A stretch of 64,000 nucleotides of DNA from an uncultured Gemmatimonadales bacterium (lineage in GTDB: Bacteria > Gemmatimonadota > Gemmatimonadetes > Gemmatimonadales > GWC2-71-9). Positions within the stretch are counted from its first letter, which is position 1. Each line of letters starts with the position of its first letter. Of the stretch, positions 36,818 through 46,753 are shown piece by piece. The notes under the pieces were generated by a model. The model was not told the DNA's origin, did not search any database, and saw nothing but the letters and a program-made list of their open reading frames with translations. Location: the NCBI GenBank assembly GCA_963825055.1, contig CAWGSK010000012.1, forward strand, positions 128,001-192,000. The letters run 5' to 3'. Position numbers and translations under genes: made by a program.

Positions 36818-37708
36818 TCAGGGGGAGAGTTCGCGAAGCAGGGCCATCATGCGCAGGTCGTTGGGGTCGGGGGTCAGGTCGTCATCCCCCAGGTCCTCCC
36901 CGGATTGAGGGGTCTCGAGGATCAGCGGGATCCCTTCCGAGCGCGGGTCGGCCAGGAGCCACCGGAACGGCTCCAGCCCGATTTCTCCCTCGCCCAGCAG
37001 CATGTGCCGGTCACGGTTGGAACCGAGCGCGCCCTGGCTGTCATTGAGATGAAAGAACGACGGTGGCTCGCCGGCGGCCTGCTCGAAGGCGTCCAGGACA
37101 GCGGACTGCGCCTCGGGAGAGGCGGTGATGTCGTGCCCGGCCGCAAAGAGGTGGCAGGTGTCGAGGCCGTAACCCGCGCGGGAACGGAGGTCGGCGGGAA
37201 TGCAGCCGAGGATCGCTCCCACCTCGTCCGGAGTGCGGCCGATCGTGAGGCCCGCCCCCGCGGTATTTTCGACCAGCAGCCGGGTATCCGACGGGACGGC
37301 ACGAAGGGCACCGATCATCGCGGTCGCGACCCGTGCGATCGCCCCCTCACGATCCCCGTCGGTGGCCGCACCGGGGTGAAAGCACACCGCGCCCGCGCCG
37401 ATGGCGGTTGACCGCTCGAGCTCCTTCGTGAGGCCCGCGGCGGCCCGGTTCCACTTGGTGTCGTCCGCGCTGGCGGTGTTCAGGACGTACGCCGCGTGGA
37501 CCAGGACGCGTTCCGGGGCAATGCCGGTGTTCGCGAGGGCGTCACGGAACCGCGCGGCCCGCTCCGGACGAATGCCGGAGCGGTCGCCGTAGTACTTCGG
37601 GATGGCGGTGAAAAGCTGCATGGCCGTCATGCCCGCGTTGTGGGCGCGGAGCACGGCCTGCTGGATGCCGCCGGTGTCGCGCGTGTGCCCGCCGAAGAAG
37701 CGTGTCAT
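36818..37708 (-). CDS. nfo: Endonuclease IV
   Basis: HAAYVLN, FHPG, ENTAG, DTCHLFAAG, HLNDS, DRH, LETP. Confidence 0.93.
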   Translation of the reverse strand: MTRFFGGHTRDTGGIQQAVLRAHNAGMTAMQLFTAIPKYYGDRSGIRPERAARFRDALANTGIAPERVLVHAAYVLNTASADDTKWNRAAAGLTKELERSTAIGAGAVCFHPGAATDGDREGAIARVATAMIGALRAVPSDTRLLVENTAGAGLTIGRTPDEVGAILGCIPADLRSRAGYGLDTCHLFAAGHDITASPEAQSAVLDAFEQAAGEPPSFFHLNDSQGALGSNRDRHMLLGEGEIGLEPFRWLLADPRSEGIPLILETPQSGEDLGDDDLTPDPNDLRMMALLRELSP

Positions 37709-37781
37709 GGCTGTCCGTTGCTGTGGAATCGTCGCCGGGAAAGGTAGTCGGTCGCACTCCACGGAACACCGGAACAGGGGG

Positions 37782-38744
37782 ATGACGATGGACGAACAGC
37801 AGGTTCCGCTGACTCCCGAGCCCAGCGACCTCGGCTTCGGCGCCGTCGTGGGCGCGGAGAGCCGCCATCGACTGCTCAACCGCGATGGTTCCTTCAACGT
37901 CGGGCGGAAGGGCCTGCACCTGTGGGCCCGGCACAACCCCTACCACTGGCTCCTCACCACGACGTGGCCCCGCTTCCTGCTCCTGCTCGTCGGATCGACC
38001 GTCCTGATGAACATGCTGTTCGCCTTCCTGTACCTTCTCGCGGGGCCGAACGCGATCGACTCGGATGGTGTTGACCAGATTTTTTCCCCGTTCTGGCGGG
38101 CCTTTTTCTTCAGCGTCCAGACACTGAGCACCATCGGGTATGGCCACCTGACCCCGGTCGGCCCGGCCGCGAACGCTGTCGTGGTTGCCGAGACCATCCT
38201 CGGTTTCGTCGCCATCGCGCTGTCCGCCGGTCTGCTCTTCGCCCGTTTCTCCCGGCCCGTGGCCCGGATCGTGTTCAGCCGGAATGCGCTCATTGCGCCG
38301 TACCGCGCGGGGCAGGCACTGGAGTTCCGCATCGTGAACGAGCGGAGCACCCAGATCCTCGAGCTGGAGGCAAAAGTGGTGTACAGCTGGCGGCACGAGC
38401 GCGACGGCCGGCCCATCCGCGAATTCGTCGAGTTACCGCTCGAGCGGCGCAAGGTGGCCTTCTTCCCGCTCTCCTGGACAGTGGTGCACCCGATCACCGA
38501 GTCGAGTCCCCTCCGCCATGCCACGGCGGCCTCGGTCTCGGCGAGCGATGCCGAGATCCTGGTGCTGCTTACGGGGGTGGACGAGACGTTCTCGCAGATC
38601 GTCCATGCGCGCAGTTCCTACAAGCCGGACGATATCGTGTGGAACGCGCGGTTCGAGGACATGTTCAGCCGGGATGACGACGGCCTCATGGTGGATATCG
38701 GCCGGCTTGACGGCTTTCGCCTCGAGGGGACCCCGGCGTCATGA
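37782..38744 (+). CDS. Inward-rectifier potassium channel (KirBac-like)
   Basis: FFFSVQTLSTIGYG filter; ARFSRP; SWTVVHPITESSPL; HARSSY. Confidence 0.92.
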   Translation: MTMDEQQVPLTPEPSDLGFGAVVGAESRHRLLNRDGSFNVGRKGLHLWARHNPYHWLLTTTWPRFLLLLVGSTVLMNMLFAFLYLLAGPNAIDSDGVDQIFSPFWRAFFFSVQTLSTIGYGHLTPVGPAANAVVVAETILGFVAIALSAGLLFARFSRPVARIVFSRNALIAPYRAGQALEFRIVNERSTQILELEAKVVYSWRHERDGRPIREFVELPLERRKVAFFPLSWTVVHPITESSPLRHATAASVSASDAEILVLLTGVDETFSQIVHARSSYKPDDIVWNARFEDMFSRDDDGLMVDIGRLDGFRLEGTPAS

Positions 38745-39121
38745 GCTGGCTGCGCGCCGGGGTGATCGCTGGCTTCGCCGCTGACGGTGTGCTCGGGGCC
38801 GTGGTGCTGGTCGCCGGCCTGCTGGGACACGGACCCTCGATTCCCGATGTACTCCTCCTGACCGCCCTCTGGCTCGTCTACCTCCTGCCATTCGGCATCC
38901 TGGTCAGCCTGGTGCTGACCCGGCTGCGGTTGCCGGCGCGCCCCCGCGCCTGGCTCCTGGCAGGCGCATCGACAGGCGGCGTGGCTGCCCTGGCCGGTTT
39001 TGTGGCCCAGGTGCGCTCTGCCTCCGCCCTCCTGCTTCCGGTCGCGGCGGGCGCCGGCCTCGGTGCGGTTGCGGGGGCGGTGGTCCGGGCGCTCGTGCCG
39101 GGTCGGACCCGGCGCATGTGA
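38741..39121 (+). CDS. Hypothetical 4-TM membrane protein
   Basis: ATGA overlap with the channel gene; four hydrophobic segments. Confidence 0.55.
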   Translation: MSWLRAGVIAGFAADGVLGAVVLVAGLLGHGPSIPDVLLLTALWLVYLLPFGILVSLVLTRLRLPARPRAWLLAGASTGGVAALAGFVAQVRSASALLLPVAAGAGLGAVAGAVVRALVPGRTRRM

Positions 39122-39211
39122 CGCCGGTTACGACGCGCTCCCGCCGGGGCCCGTACATTGGGCGGGTCCGGGCCCGCTGGGGCCTCCCGGGCTTCCCGAA
39201 CTGGAGCGACG

Positions 39212-39526
39212 ATGCCCTTCGACCAGTACCACGAACCACCCGCCGAACTGCCGCAGAAGACACGCACCTTCGCCCGCATGGTGGCGTCGCTGATCGAGGA
39301 GGCCGAGGCCATCGGCTGGTACGAACAGCGCATGGCCGTTGAGAAGGATGCCTCCGCGAAGGCCATCATGCGCAACGCCCAGCAGGAAGAGTTCAAGCAC
39401 TTCGGCATGGATCTCGAGTACCTGCTTCGGAAGAAATCCGAGTGGCGTACCATTCTCCAGGACATTCTCTTCACCGATGGCGACATCGTCGACCTCGGCG
39501 AGGAGGCGGAGGAAGCCGTCGAATGA
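39212..39526 (+). CDS. Encapsulin-associated-type ferritin-like protein (EncFtn family)
   Basis: YHEP..EL, SLIEEAEAIGWYEQR, EEFKH, ILFTDGDI; GGAG RBS. Confidence 0.85.
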   Translation: MPFDQYHEPPAELPQKTRTFARMVASLIEEAEAIGWYEQRMAVEKDASAKAIMRNAQQEEFKHFGMDLEYLLRKKSEWRTILQDILFTDGDIVDLGEEAEEAVE

Positions 39527-39562
39527 CGGCACCGCCACCAGCCACGCCAGACGGGAGTGCAC

Positions 39563-39739
39563 ATGTCATTCGCGATCTATCTCATCGGATTCCTCATCCT
39601 GATCGGCGGGCTCGCCTGGGGGGCCTTCACACTCGGCATCGCGCCCGTCTTCATCGGGATCGGCGTCGTGATCCTGATTGGGCTGGGACTCATCTCCGGC
39701 GTGACCCACACCCGGCGCCGCGATCCCCCTGACGCCTGA
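39563..39739 (+). CDS. Small two-TM membrane protein
   Basis: GGAG RBS; 58 aa, two TM helices, C-terminal TRRRDPP. Confidence 0.7.
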   Translation: MSFAIYLIGFLILIGGLAWGAFTLGIAPVFIGIGVVILIGLGLISGVTHTRRRDPPDA

Positions 39740-39773
39740 CGCCCCCCGCCCGTCAGGGGCCGGTGACGCGCGC

Positions 39774-40460
39774 GTGCGCGCGCGCATGAAACGCCATGCC
39801 GCGCGGGCCGCACTCGAGCTCGTGAGTCCCGGCGCGCGTGTGGGGCTCGGCAGCGGCAGCACGGCAGAGGCTTTCGTCACCGCGCTGGCCCAGGGCTGCC
39901 GGGGCGGGGTGTTGGCCGGGCTCCAGTGCGTCCCGTCGTCCACCAGGACGGCGCGGCTCGCTGTACGGCTGGGGCTTCCCGTCGTGACGTTTGCGGAGGT
40001 GGATGCGCTGGACCTCACCGTGGACGGGGCGGACGAGGTGGATCGGGAGGGCCGCCTGCTGAAAGGGCAGGGCGGGGCGTTCCTCCGGGAAAAGATCCTG
40101 GCGCAGGCGTCGGAGCGCTATGTGATCGTGGTCGACCGCACGAAGCTGGTTGACCGGCTCGGCTCCAGGCACCCGGTCCCGGTGGAGGTGCTGCCGTTCG
40201 CGGCAGTCCCTGTGGCCGGACGGATCCGCGAACTCGGCGCGGCGGTCACCATGCGGGAGCGGGGCGGCCGTCCCTGGATGACCGACCAGAAGAATCTCGT
40301 TCTCGACTGCGACTTCGGCCCGCTCGATGACCCGGGAGGGGTCGGGGCCGCGCTGTCCGGCATCGCCGGAGTGCTCGGCCACGGATTGTTTCTCGGGTTC
40401 CGGCCCCGGCTGCTGGTCGGTACCCCGGACGGGGTGGAGGAGGAGGGGCGTCATGGGTAA
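39774..40460 (+). CDS. rpiA: Ribose-5-phosphate isomerase A
   Basis: GLGSGST, DGADEVD, KGQGGA..REK, PVEV. Confidence 0.92.
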   Translation: MRARMKRHAARAALELVSPGARVGLGSGSTAEAFVTALAQGCRGGVLAGLQCVPSSTRTARLAVRLGLPVVTFAEVDALDLTVDGADEVDREGRLLKGQGGAFLREKILAQASERYVIVVDRTKLVDRLGSRHPVPVEVLPFAAVPVAGRIRELGAAVTMRERGGRPWMTDQKNLVLDCDFGPLDDPGGVGAALSGIAGVLGHGLFLGFRPRLLVGTPDGVEEEGRHG

Positions 40461-41289
40461 CGGCAAGGGAAACCCCTCCGGCCTGAAGCGTGGTGAGACC
40501 CAGGAGGTGCGCAAGCGGACCGCCCCACGGGCGGTCGTCGTCTATGAGGCCATCCTGCGGGAGGGGAAAGACGAGCTCACCCGGCCCTGGTCCGCCCTTG
40601 CGTTCAGCGGCCTCGCCGCCGGCCTCTCGATGGGCTTTTCCATGGTGGCAGAAGGGCTGCTGACGGCCGCGCTCCCCGACACGCCCTGGCGGCCGCTGAT
40701 CTCGAAGTTCGGATACAGCGTCGGTTTCCTCATCGTGGTGCTCGGGCGTCAGCAGCTGTTCACCGAGAACACCCTGACCCCGATCCTCCCGTTCCTGCAG
40801 GACCGCAAGCTCAAGACGCTGTTCGAGGTCTCGCGGCTGTGGGGTGTGGTCCTGCTGGCGAACCTCGTCGGCGCCTTTCTCTTCGCGCTCATCGCCACCG
40901 TGACCCACATCTTCCCGCCCGGCACGCACGCCGCATTCAGGGAAATCAGCGCCGGACTCCATCAGGCGGGATTCGGCACCACGTTCACGCGCGCCGTGTT
41001 TGCCGGCTGGCTCATCGCGCTCATGGTGTGGCTCCTGCCCTTCGCCGAGACAGCGCGGGTGACCGTTATCATCATTATCACCTACCTGATCGGACTCGGC
41101 GGATTCAACCACATCATCGCCGGGTCGGTGGAGGCCATGTACCAGCTCCTGCAGCGAGAGCTGGGCCTCCTGCCCTTCCTCTGGGGCTTCTTCCTCCCGA
41201 CGCTCCTCGGCAATATCGTGGGCGGCCTGGCCCTCGTGACGGCCGTCAACCATGCCCAGGTCGTCTCCGGTTCCGGGATCGACGCCTGA
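40453..41289 (+). CDS. Formate/nitrite transporter family protein (YfdC-like)
   Basis: QLFTENTLTP, AGWLIA, HIIAGS, LGNIVGG. Confidence 0.88.
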   Translation: MGNGKGNPSGLKRGETQEVRKRTAPRAVVVYEAILREGKDELTRPWSALAFSGLAAGLSMGFSMVAEGLLTAALPDTPWRPLISKFGYSVGFLIVVLGRQQLFTENTLTPILPFLQDRKLKTLFEVSRLWGVVLLANLVGAFLFALIATVTHIFPPGTHAAFREISAGLHQAGFGTTFTRAVFAGWLIALMVWLLPFAETARVTVIIIITYLIGLGGFNHIIAGSVEAMYQLLQRELGLLPFLWGFFLPTLLGNIVGGLALVTAVNHAQVVSGSGIDA

Positions 41290-41444
41290 CTTTCCCGGCG
41301 GGTGAGGGCGGTCACAGCCGCCCCACCCCGCACCCTCCATGTTCCATCTGCCGGCGCGTGCCGGATCCTGTTCGATCATGACGATGCCCCCGTACGGCGA
41401 TCACGCGCCCGCGGTGCCGGCATCCGTAAGCATATGGAGTATCC

Positions 41445-41936
41445 ATGTCCAGGCAGGTAACAGCGATTTTCCGTGAGCGGGCTTCCGCGGCGGCAGCAGT
41501 GGACCGGATGGTGGCCGCCGGGTTCGCGCGCGAGGACATCAGTGCCCTGATGTCCGACGCCACCCGCGGCAGGCACTTCGATATGGAATCCGCATCAAAG
41601 GCGCCCGAGGGAGTGGCAGTTGGGGTGAGTGTGGGTGGTGTCCTCGGCGCCATTGCGGCGGGCCTCGTGGCCGTTGGTACAGTGGCGGTCCCGGGCCTCG
41701 GCCTCCTCGCGGCCGGACCCATCGTCGCGGCGCTTGCGGGCGCCGGAGCCGGTGGGGCAGCGGGAGGCGTGGTGGGCGGGTTCGTGGGGATGGGTATCCC
41801 GGAACACGAGGCCCGCATGCACCTGAACGAAGTCAAGGAAGGCAGCATCCTCCTGGGTGTGCATGCACACGACGACCGCGTTGCGGCGGCCCGGGACCTC
41901 ATGAAAGCCGCCGGGGGACGTCACATCCACGGCTGA
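41445..41936 (+). CDS. General-stress-protein-like membrane protein (glycine zipper)
   Basis: GF..EDIS.LM; long Gly/Ala hairpin IPGLG..AAGP; GIPEHEA. Confidence 0.7.
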   Translation: MSRQVTAIFRERASAAAAVDRMVAAGFAREDISALMSDATRGRHFDMESASKAPEGVAVGVSVGGVLGAIAAGLVAVGTVAVPGLGLLAAGPIVAALAGAGAGGAAGGVVGGFVGMGIPEHEARMHLNEVKEGSILLGVHAHDDRVAAARDLMKAAGGRHIHG

Positions 41937-42106
41937 GACCACTGGCAGCGCGGCGTGGTGGGGCGACCGCCCCCCCTTCTTGCGGTCCGGCCCGCACCCG
42001 CGGACCAAAAACCACCGCGTCGCGTTCGCCACCTCCCCTTCCTGCTGCCGTGCACAGTCCCGGCCCGGCGTTTGGCGTGTGGGAGGCACCGCTGTAGCTT
42101 TCCCGG

Positions 42107-42178
42107 ATGCCCAGTGATCCGCACGACCACGGCCCGGCGCGGGCAGGAGCAGCCGAAACCCCGCGGATGGCGCCATGA
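42107..42178 (+). CDS. Putative leaderless 23-aa upstream ORF coupled to the 42175 gene
   Basis: TTGGCG-N17-TAGCTT-N6-ATG; its TGA overlaps ATG 42175 (ATGA). Confidence 0.35.
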   Translation: MPSDPHDHGPARAGAAETPRMAP

Positions 42179-42702
42179 GCCTCTCCGTCTGGTGGATCCT
42201 CGCAATCGTGCTCGGCGTGCCGCTGGTCGGGGTCCTGCTGCTGGTGTCCGGACTGCGCCGCCGACAGGCCCCAAGGCTCCGCAGGATTCGGCAGGACGAA
42301 GTCGGGGCCTATCTCGACCTGCTGCTGCGCCGCGGCTATGACGCAGGGGTCGTGGCGCTGACCCTCCCGGATGACGAGCGGTTCGTGTCGGTCACCAAGT
42401 ACTACCGCAGCACGGAGGATACCGGGCTCGAGCTCGATTTTCCCCGCGCGGCGTGGTCGGAACAGTATTACCCCGAGGTGCGCGCCCTGCTCGATCGTGA
42501 CCGGCATCCCGGGGAGGTGGTGAAGACCCCCGATGGTCCGGTGGAGGAATACCTCCGGGTCGATTGCGGCCGCGACGTCGCCCTGGCGACCAGGCTGGTC
42601 CAGGCGATCCTGCGCGAGGTGTTCAGGATTCCGGCGGGGCAGGCCCTCGTGGCCGAACTGCAGCAGGTCGCGATCAGCGACGACATGGTCTCCGCCGGCT
42701 AG
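42175..42702 (+). CDS. Hypothetical protein with N-terminal TM
   Basis: ORF with TM anchor and globular domain. Confidence 0.65.
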   Translation: MSLSVWWILAIVLGVPLVGVLLLVSGLRRRQAPRLRRIRQDEVGAYLDLLLRRGYDAGVVALTLPDDERFVSVTKYYRSTEDTGLELDFPRAAWSEQYYPEVRALLDRDRHPGEVVKTPDGPVEEYLRVDCGRDVALATRLVQAILREVFRIPAGQALVAELQQVAISDDMVSAG

Positions 42703-42739
42703 GGCCGGCGTCCCGATCCCTCTGACGGAGAGCCACCGC

Positions 42740-43012
42740 ATGAGCCAGGACGACTCCAACTCCACGATGAAGCCCATCACCCCCGAGCGGGTCGCGCAGG
42801 AACTGACCAAGCTTCACGAGCTGCGCGAGAAGGGCGAACTCAATCCAGGCAACTACGACCAGCGCTTTGCCCGTATGGTCGGTGAACTGCGCGAGCGGCG
42901 GATCAGCGGCAACCGCCAGGAAATTCTCGCCGCGCTCCAGCCGTTGCGCGCCAGGGGTGTCGTATCCGAAACCGAGTGGATGCGGCTCACCAAGCAGCTC
43001 GGCCTGGCCTGA
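42740..43012 (+). CDS. Small helical hypothetical protein (SHOCT-like motifs)
   Basis: GGAG RBS; L.KLHELREKGEL...Y and LRARGVVSETEW. Confidence 0.6.
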   Translation: MSQDDSNSTMKPITPERVAQELTKLHELREKGELNPGNYDQRFARMVGELRERRISGNRQEILAALQPLRARGVVSETEWMRLTKQLGLA

Positions 43013-43021
43013 GCGGAAGCG

Positions 43022-43780
43022 ATGTCCGATCACGCACTGCCCGGCCTCTCGCCACTGGAGATGACCGTGAAGGCGGGGGACGGCCTCATTCTCAAGGGGC
43101 TGCTCGAGTATCCCGATCGGCGCCCACGGGGCAGCGGGTACCCGCTGGCCGTCCTCGCCCACCAGTACCCATCCACCAGTGACAGCTACGCGCCGCTGGT
43201 CGAGGACCTGCTTGATGTCGGCTTCGCGGTCCTCGCGTTCGACGAGCGCGGACACGGCTCCAGCATCGAGACCCCGAAGGGCCCCCTGGTCATCGACACG
43301 CCGCACGGGTTCGGGCTGGAGGCGTTCGGGAAGGCCTTCGGCAGCAGTATCGCGTCGGTGGAATTCCACCGGATCGCGGACGACGTCGTACGGGTGGCCT
43401 CCTGGGGCGTGAGTCAGAACTTCATCGATCCCGACCGGGTCCTGCTGGTCGGCGCGAGCGTTGGCGGCAGCGGTGTGCTGGTGGCGGTGCCCGACATTCC
43501 GGGGCTCGTGGGGGTGCTGACCTTCGGCGCAGCCGGCGCGCCGGCATTCGGCGAAGACGCCTCCGATCGGATCCGCCGCATCGTCGAGGGGCTGGACGTG
43601 CCCGTGCTGATGGTGTCGTCCGCCGACGATCCCTTCGACGGCGCGACCAACGCGAACACGTGGTGCGATGGTCTGGACCACGCCTCCGCCCGGCTGGTGC
43701 CGGGCTCCGCCCACGCGATGGCCATCTATTACGACGTCCGCGACGACGTCCTGCGCTTCCTCCGTCCGCTGGGCGGCTGA
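43022..43780 (+). CDS. Alpha/beta-fold hydrolase
   Basis: DERGHG, nucleophile elbow GASVG, Asp, C-terminal His (GSAHA). Confidence 0.85.
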   Translation: MSDHALPGLSPLEMTVKAGDGLILKGLLEYPDRRPRGSGYPLAVLAHQYPSTSDSYAPLVEDLLDVGFAVLAFDERGHGSSIETPKGPLVIDTPHGFGLEAFGKAFGSSIASVEFHRIADDVVRVASWGVSQNFIDPDRVLLVGASVGGSGVLVAVPDIPGLVGVLTFGAAGAPAFGEDASDRIRRIVEGLDVPVLMVSSADDPFDGATNANTWCDGLDHASARLVPGSAHAMAIYYDVRDDVLRFLRPLGG

Positions 43781-44655
43781 TGGAACGCCGCTCCCTTGGA
43801 CCCGGCGGACCGGACGTTCCCCCCGTCGGCTTCGGGGGCATGCCTCTCTCGATCAGCGGACGGCCGGACGAAGCGGACGCCATGCGTGTCGTCCACGCGT
43901 CACTCGACGCCGGCATCCGCCTGCTGGATACGGCCGATGTCTACTGCCTCTCCGATCACGACGTCGGGCATAACGAGCGCCTGATCGCCAGGTCCGTCGC
44001 CCTGTGGAGCGGGCCGTCGGACGAAGCCCTGGTCGCCACCAAGGGCGGCATGGTGCGTCCCGATGGGCGCTGGGAACGAAACGGCCGGCCCGAGCACCTC
44101 CGCCGCGCGTGCGACCGGTCACTCAAGGCCCTGGGGGTGGAGCGCATCGCCCTGTACCAGTTCCACGCGCCGGACCCGGAGGTGCCCTTCCGGGAGAGTA
44201 TCGAGGCCCTCGCCGAGCTGGCCCGGGAGGGGAAGATCCGGTGGATCGGACTGTCCAACGTGTCCGTGGAGCAGATTACGCTCGCCCGCCGCATCACCCC
44301 CATCCTGACCGTCCAGAACCGGCTCAATCCCTTCTTCCGCGAGGCGAAGGACGAGGGTGTTCTCGAGTACTGCACCCGGGAGGGCCTCGGGTTCCTTGCC
44401 TACAGCCCGCTGGGCGGCGGCCGGCTCAACCGGAAGCTGGCCGGCCATCCGGTCCTCTCCCCGATCGCCCGCCGCCATGGCGTTTCCGAGCATGCGGTCG
44501 TCCTGGCCTGGCTGCTGGCGCTCTCACCTGCTGTTATCCCCATTCCGGGCGCCCGGACCGTCGAGCATGCGACGGACAGCGCCGGCGCGGCACGCCTCAC
44601 CCTCGATCCGGACGAGGTCGCGCAGGTGAGCGCCGGCGCCTTCTCGCGAGCCTGA
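43780..44655 (+). CDS. Aldo/keto reductase
   Basis: DTADVY, ATKGG, GLSNV, AYSPLGG, IPIPG. Confidence 0.92.
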   Translation: MERRSLGPGGPDVPPVGFGGMPLSISGRPDEADAMRVVHASLDAGIRLLDTADVYCLSDHDVGHNERLIARSVALWSGPSDEALVATKGGMVRPDGRWERNGRPEHLRRACDRSLKALGVERIALYQFHAPDPEVPFRESIEALAELAREGKIRWIGLSNVSVEQITLARRITPILTVQNRLNPFFREAKDEGVLEYCTREGLGFLAYSPLGGGRLNRKLAGHPVLSPIARRHGVSEHAVVLAWLLALSPAVIPIPGARTVEHATDSAGAARLTLDPDEVAQVSAGAFSRA

Positions 44656-44702
44656 CCCCCGCGACGCTCCTCGCCCGGCCGTCCTTCCAGTATCTTTCCG
44701 CC

Positions 44703-45932
44703 ATGATCGAACGCCGCCAGACTACAACCGTCCGAGTGGGAGACGTGCCCGTCGGCTCGGGCCATCCCATTGTCGTGCAGTCCATGACCAATACCGACAC
44801 CGCGGACGTGGATGCCACGGTGGCGCAGGTGGAGGCGCTGGCCCGGGCCGGCAGCGAGCTGGTGCGCGTGACCGTGAACAACGAGTCGGCGGCGGCAGCC
44901 GTACCCGCCATCGCGCGGGAGCTCGAACGGCGCGGGGCCGGGGTTCCCCTGATCGGGGACTTCCACTACAACGGGCACCTGCTGCTGACCCGCTTTCCCG
45001 ATTGCGCCGAGGCGCTGGCGAAGTACCGTATCAATCCGGGCAACGTCGGGGCGAAGCGGCACGACGAGAATTTCCGCGCAATCGTGGACGTGGCTCTCCG
45101 GAACGGGAAGCCGGTCCGCATCGGGGTCAACTGGGGCTCGCTCGACCAGCAGCTCCTGACGGAACTGATGGACGCGAATGCCGGCCTGGACGAACCCCGG
45201 GACGCGCGCGACGTGATGATGGACGCGATGGTGGAGAGCGCGCTTCGTTCCGCCGCGATGGCGGAGGACGCGGGCCTGCCGCATGACCGGATCATCCTGA
45301 GTGGCAAGGTCTCGGGAGTGCAGGACCTCGTGGACGTGTACCGCATGCTGGCCGCGCGGTGCGACTATCCGCTGCACCTGGGCCTGACCGAGGCCGGGCT
45401 CGGCACCAAGGGTGTCGTGGCGAGCACGGCCGGCCTCGCCATCCTGCTGCAGGAAGGCATCGGGGACACCATTCGGATCTCGCTGACTCCCGCGCCCGGT
45501 GGCGACCGGACCGAGGAGGTCCGGGTGGGGCAGCAGATTCTCCAGTCCCTGGGCCTCAGGAGCTTCACGCCGCAGGTGACGAGCTGCCCCGGGTGCGGGC
45601 GCACGACCAGCACGTTCTTCCAGAAGATGGCCCAGGATATCGAGCGCCACCTGCGGGAGCAGATCCCGGTGTGGCGTACTGCCTACCCCGGGGTGGAGGA
45701 ACTCAAGGTGGCGGTGATGGGATGCATCGTGAATGGACCGGGCGAGTCCAAGCACGCGAACATCGGTATCTCCCTCCCGGGCACGTCCGAGGAGCCCAGG
45801 GCCCCCGTCTATGTGGACGGCCGGCTCATGGTCACGCTGAAGGGCGACGGCATCGTCCCCGAGTTCCTGAGGATTCTCGACGAATACGTCGCCAGCCGGT
45901 ATGCCTCCGGCAACTCAGTCGCGACCTCATGA
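44703..45932 (+). CDS. ispG: (E)-4-hydroxy-3-methylbut-2-enyl-diphosphate synthase
   Basis: [41 protein letters not shown]. Confidence 0.97.
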   Translation: MIERRQTTTVRVGDVPVGSGHPIVVQSMTNTDTADVDATVAQVEALARAGSELVRVTVNNESAAAAVPAIARELERRGAGVPLIGDFHYNGHLLLTRFPDCAEALAKYRINPGNVGAKRHDENFRAIVDVALRNGKPVRIGVNWGSLDQQLLTELMDANAGLDEPRDARDVMMDAMVESALRSAAMAEDAGLPHDRIILSGKVSGVQDLVDVYRMLAARCDYPLHLGLTEAGLGTKGVVASTAGLAILLQEGIGDTIRISLTPAPGGDRTEEVRVGQQILQSLGLRSFTPQVTSCPGCGRTTSTFFQKMAQDIERHLREQIPVWRTAYPGVEELKVAVMGCIVNGPGESKHANIGISLPGTSEEPRAPVYVDGRLMVTLKGDGIVPEFLRILDEYVASRYASGNSVATS

Positions 45933-45956
45933 CCGAATGGCGGCTGGCGCGGCGGG

Positions 45957-46625
45957 TCAACTCCGGGTGAGGAACTCCAGTTCGTCCGGCTTCGTTACCC
46001 GGTAGCGCCCGCGGCCGGTCCGCTCGATGATGCCGGTCGTGCGAAGGTCGCGCAGGCTCCGCACCAGGACTTCTCGCACCGTTCCCAACTCCTCCGCGAC
46101 CTGCGACTGGCTCCGTCCCAGGTCGAAGTCGCCCCCGTCGGCCGTCCGGTGCCGCGTGAGCAGCAGCCCGGCCAGCCTGCTCGTGACGTTTCGGGCGGCC
46201 AGGCGGTCGAGCCGGTCCACCAGGTGACGGACGCGACCGGCCAGGCGCCGGAGGAAGAGCCACGGCAGGGCCGGATCGCGCTGCATGGCGCCGGCCACGG
46301 CCTCACGGGTGAAGAGCAGGCAGCTGGTGGGGCGGCTCGCGATGGCGGTCGCGGGATACCCGTCGCCATCGAACAACGCCACCTCGCCCAGCGTCCCATC
46401 GGGACCCTCGACATGCACGACGTGCTGGCGTCCCCCCGTCCCGCGCAGCACGCGCACCTCTCCCTCGAGCACGATGTAGAAACCCCGCGGCGATGAGCCT
46501 GCGGAGAAGAGGACCTCGTCCGCTGCGTAGTGCCTGATGATCGCCCGCGCCGCCAGCTCACGGCGGGCGGCGGGGCTCACGTCCCGGAAATGGGGCAGGC
46601 GGGAGAGCGTTTCCTCTGGAATCAC
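45957..46625 (-). CDS. Crp/Fnr-family transcriptional regulator
   Basis: cNMP-like GE.ALF...YPATA; HTH LGTVREVLVRSL. Confidence 0.9.
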   Translation of the reverse strand: MIPEETLSRLPHFRDVSPAARRELAARAIIRHYAADEVLFSAGSSPRGFYIVLEGEVRVLRGTGGRQHVVHVEGPDGTLGEVALFDGDGYPATAIASRPTSCLLFTREAVAGAMQRDPALPWLFLRRLAGRVRHLVDRLDRLAARNVTSRLAGLLLTRHRTADGGDFDLGRSQSQVAEELGTVREVLVRSLRDLRTTGIIERTGRGRYRVTKPDELEFLTRS

Positions 46626-46753
46626 CGCGCACCTCGGGGAAGGGTACGGTCGAAGCGAGCCACCTGGCCCGGCCCTGCTGGAGTATACAATCACGCCTCA
46701 TGACTCACGACGGACGGTAAACGGTTCCCCGACCCCCGTTATACTTTCTCCTC

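Noticed and set aside
41301..41329. Hairpin after the FNT gene as an intrinsic terminator
   Set aside because: A GC stem is present but there is no U tract; too weak to call
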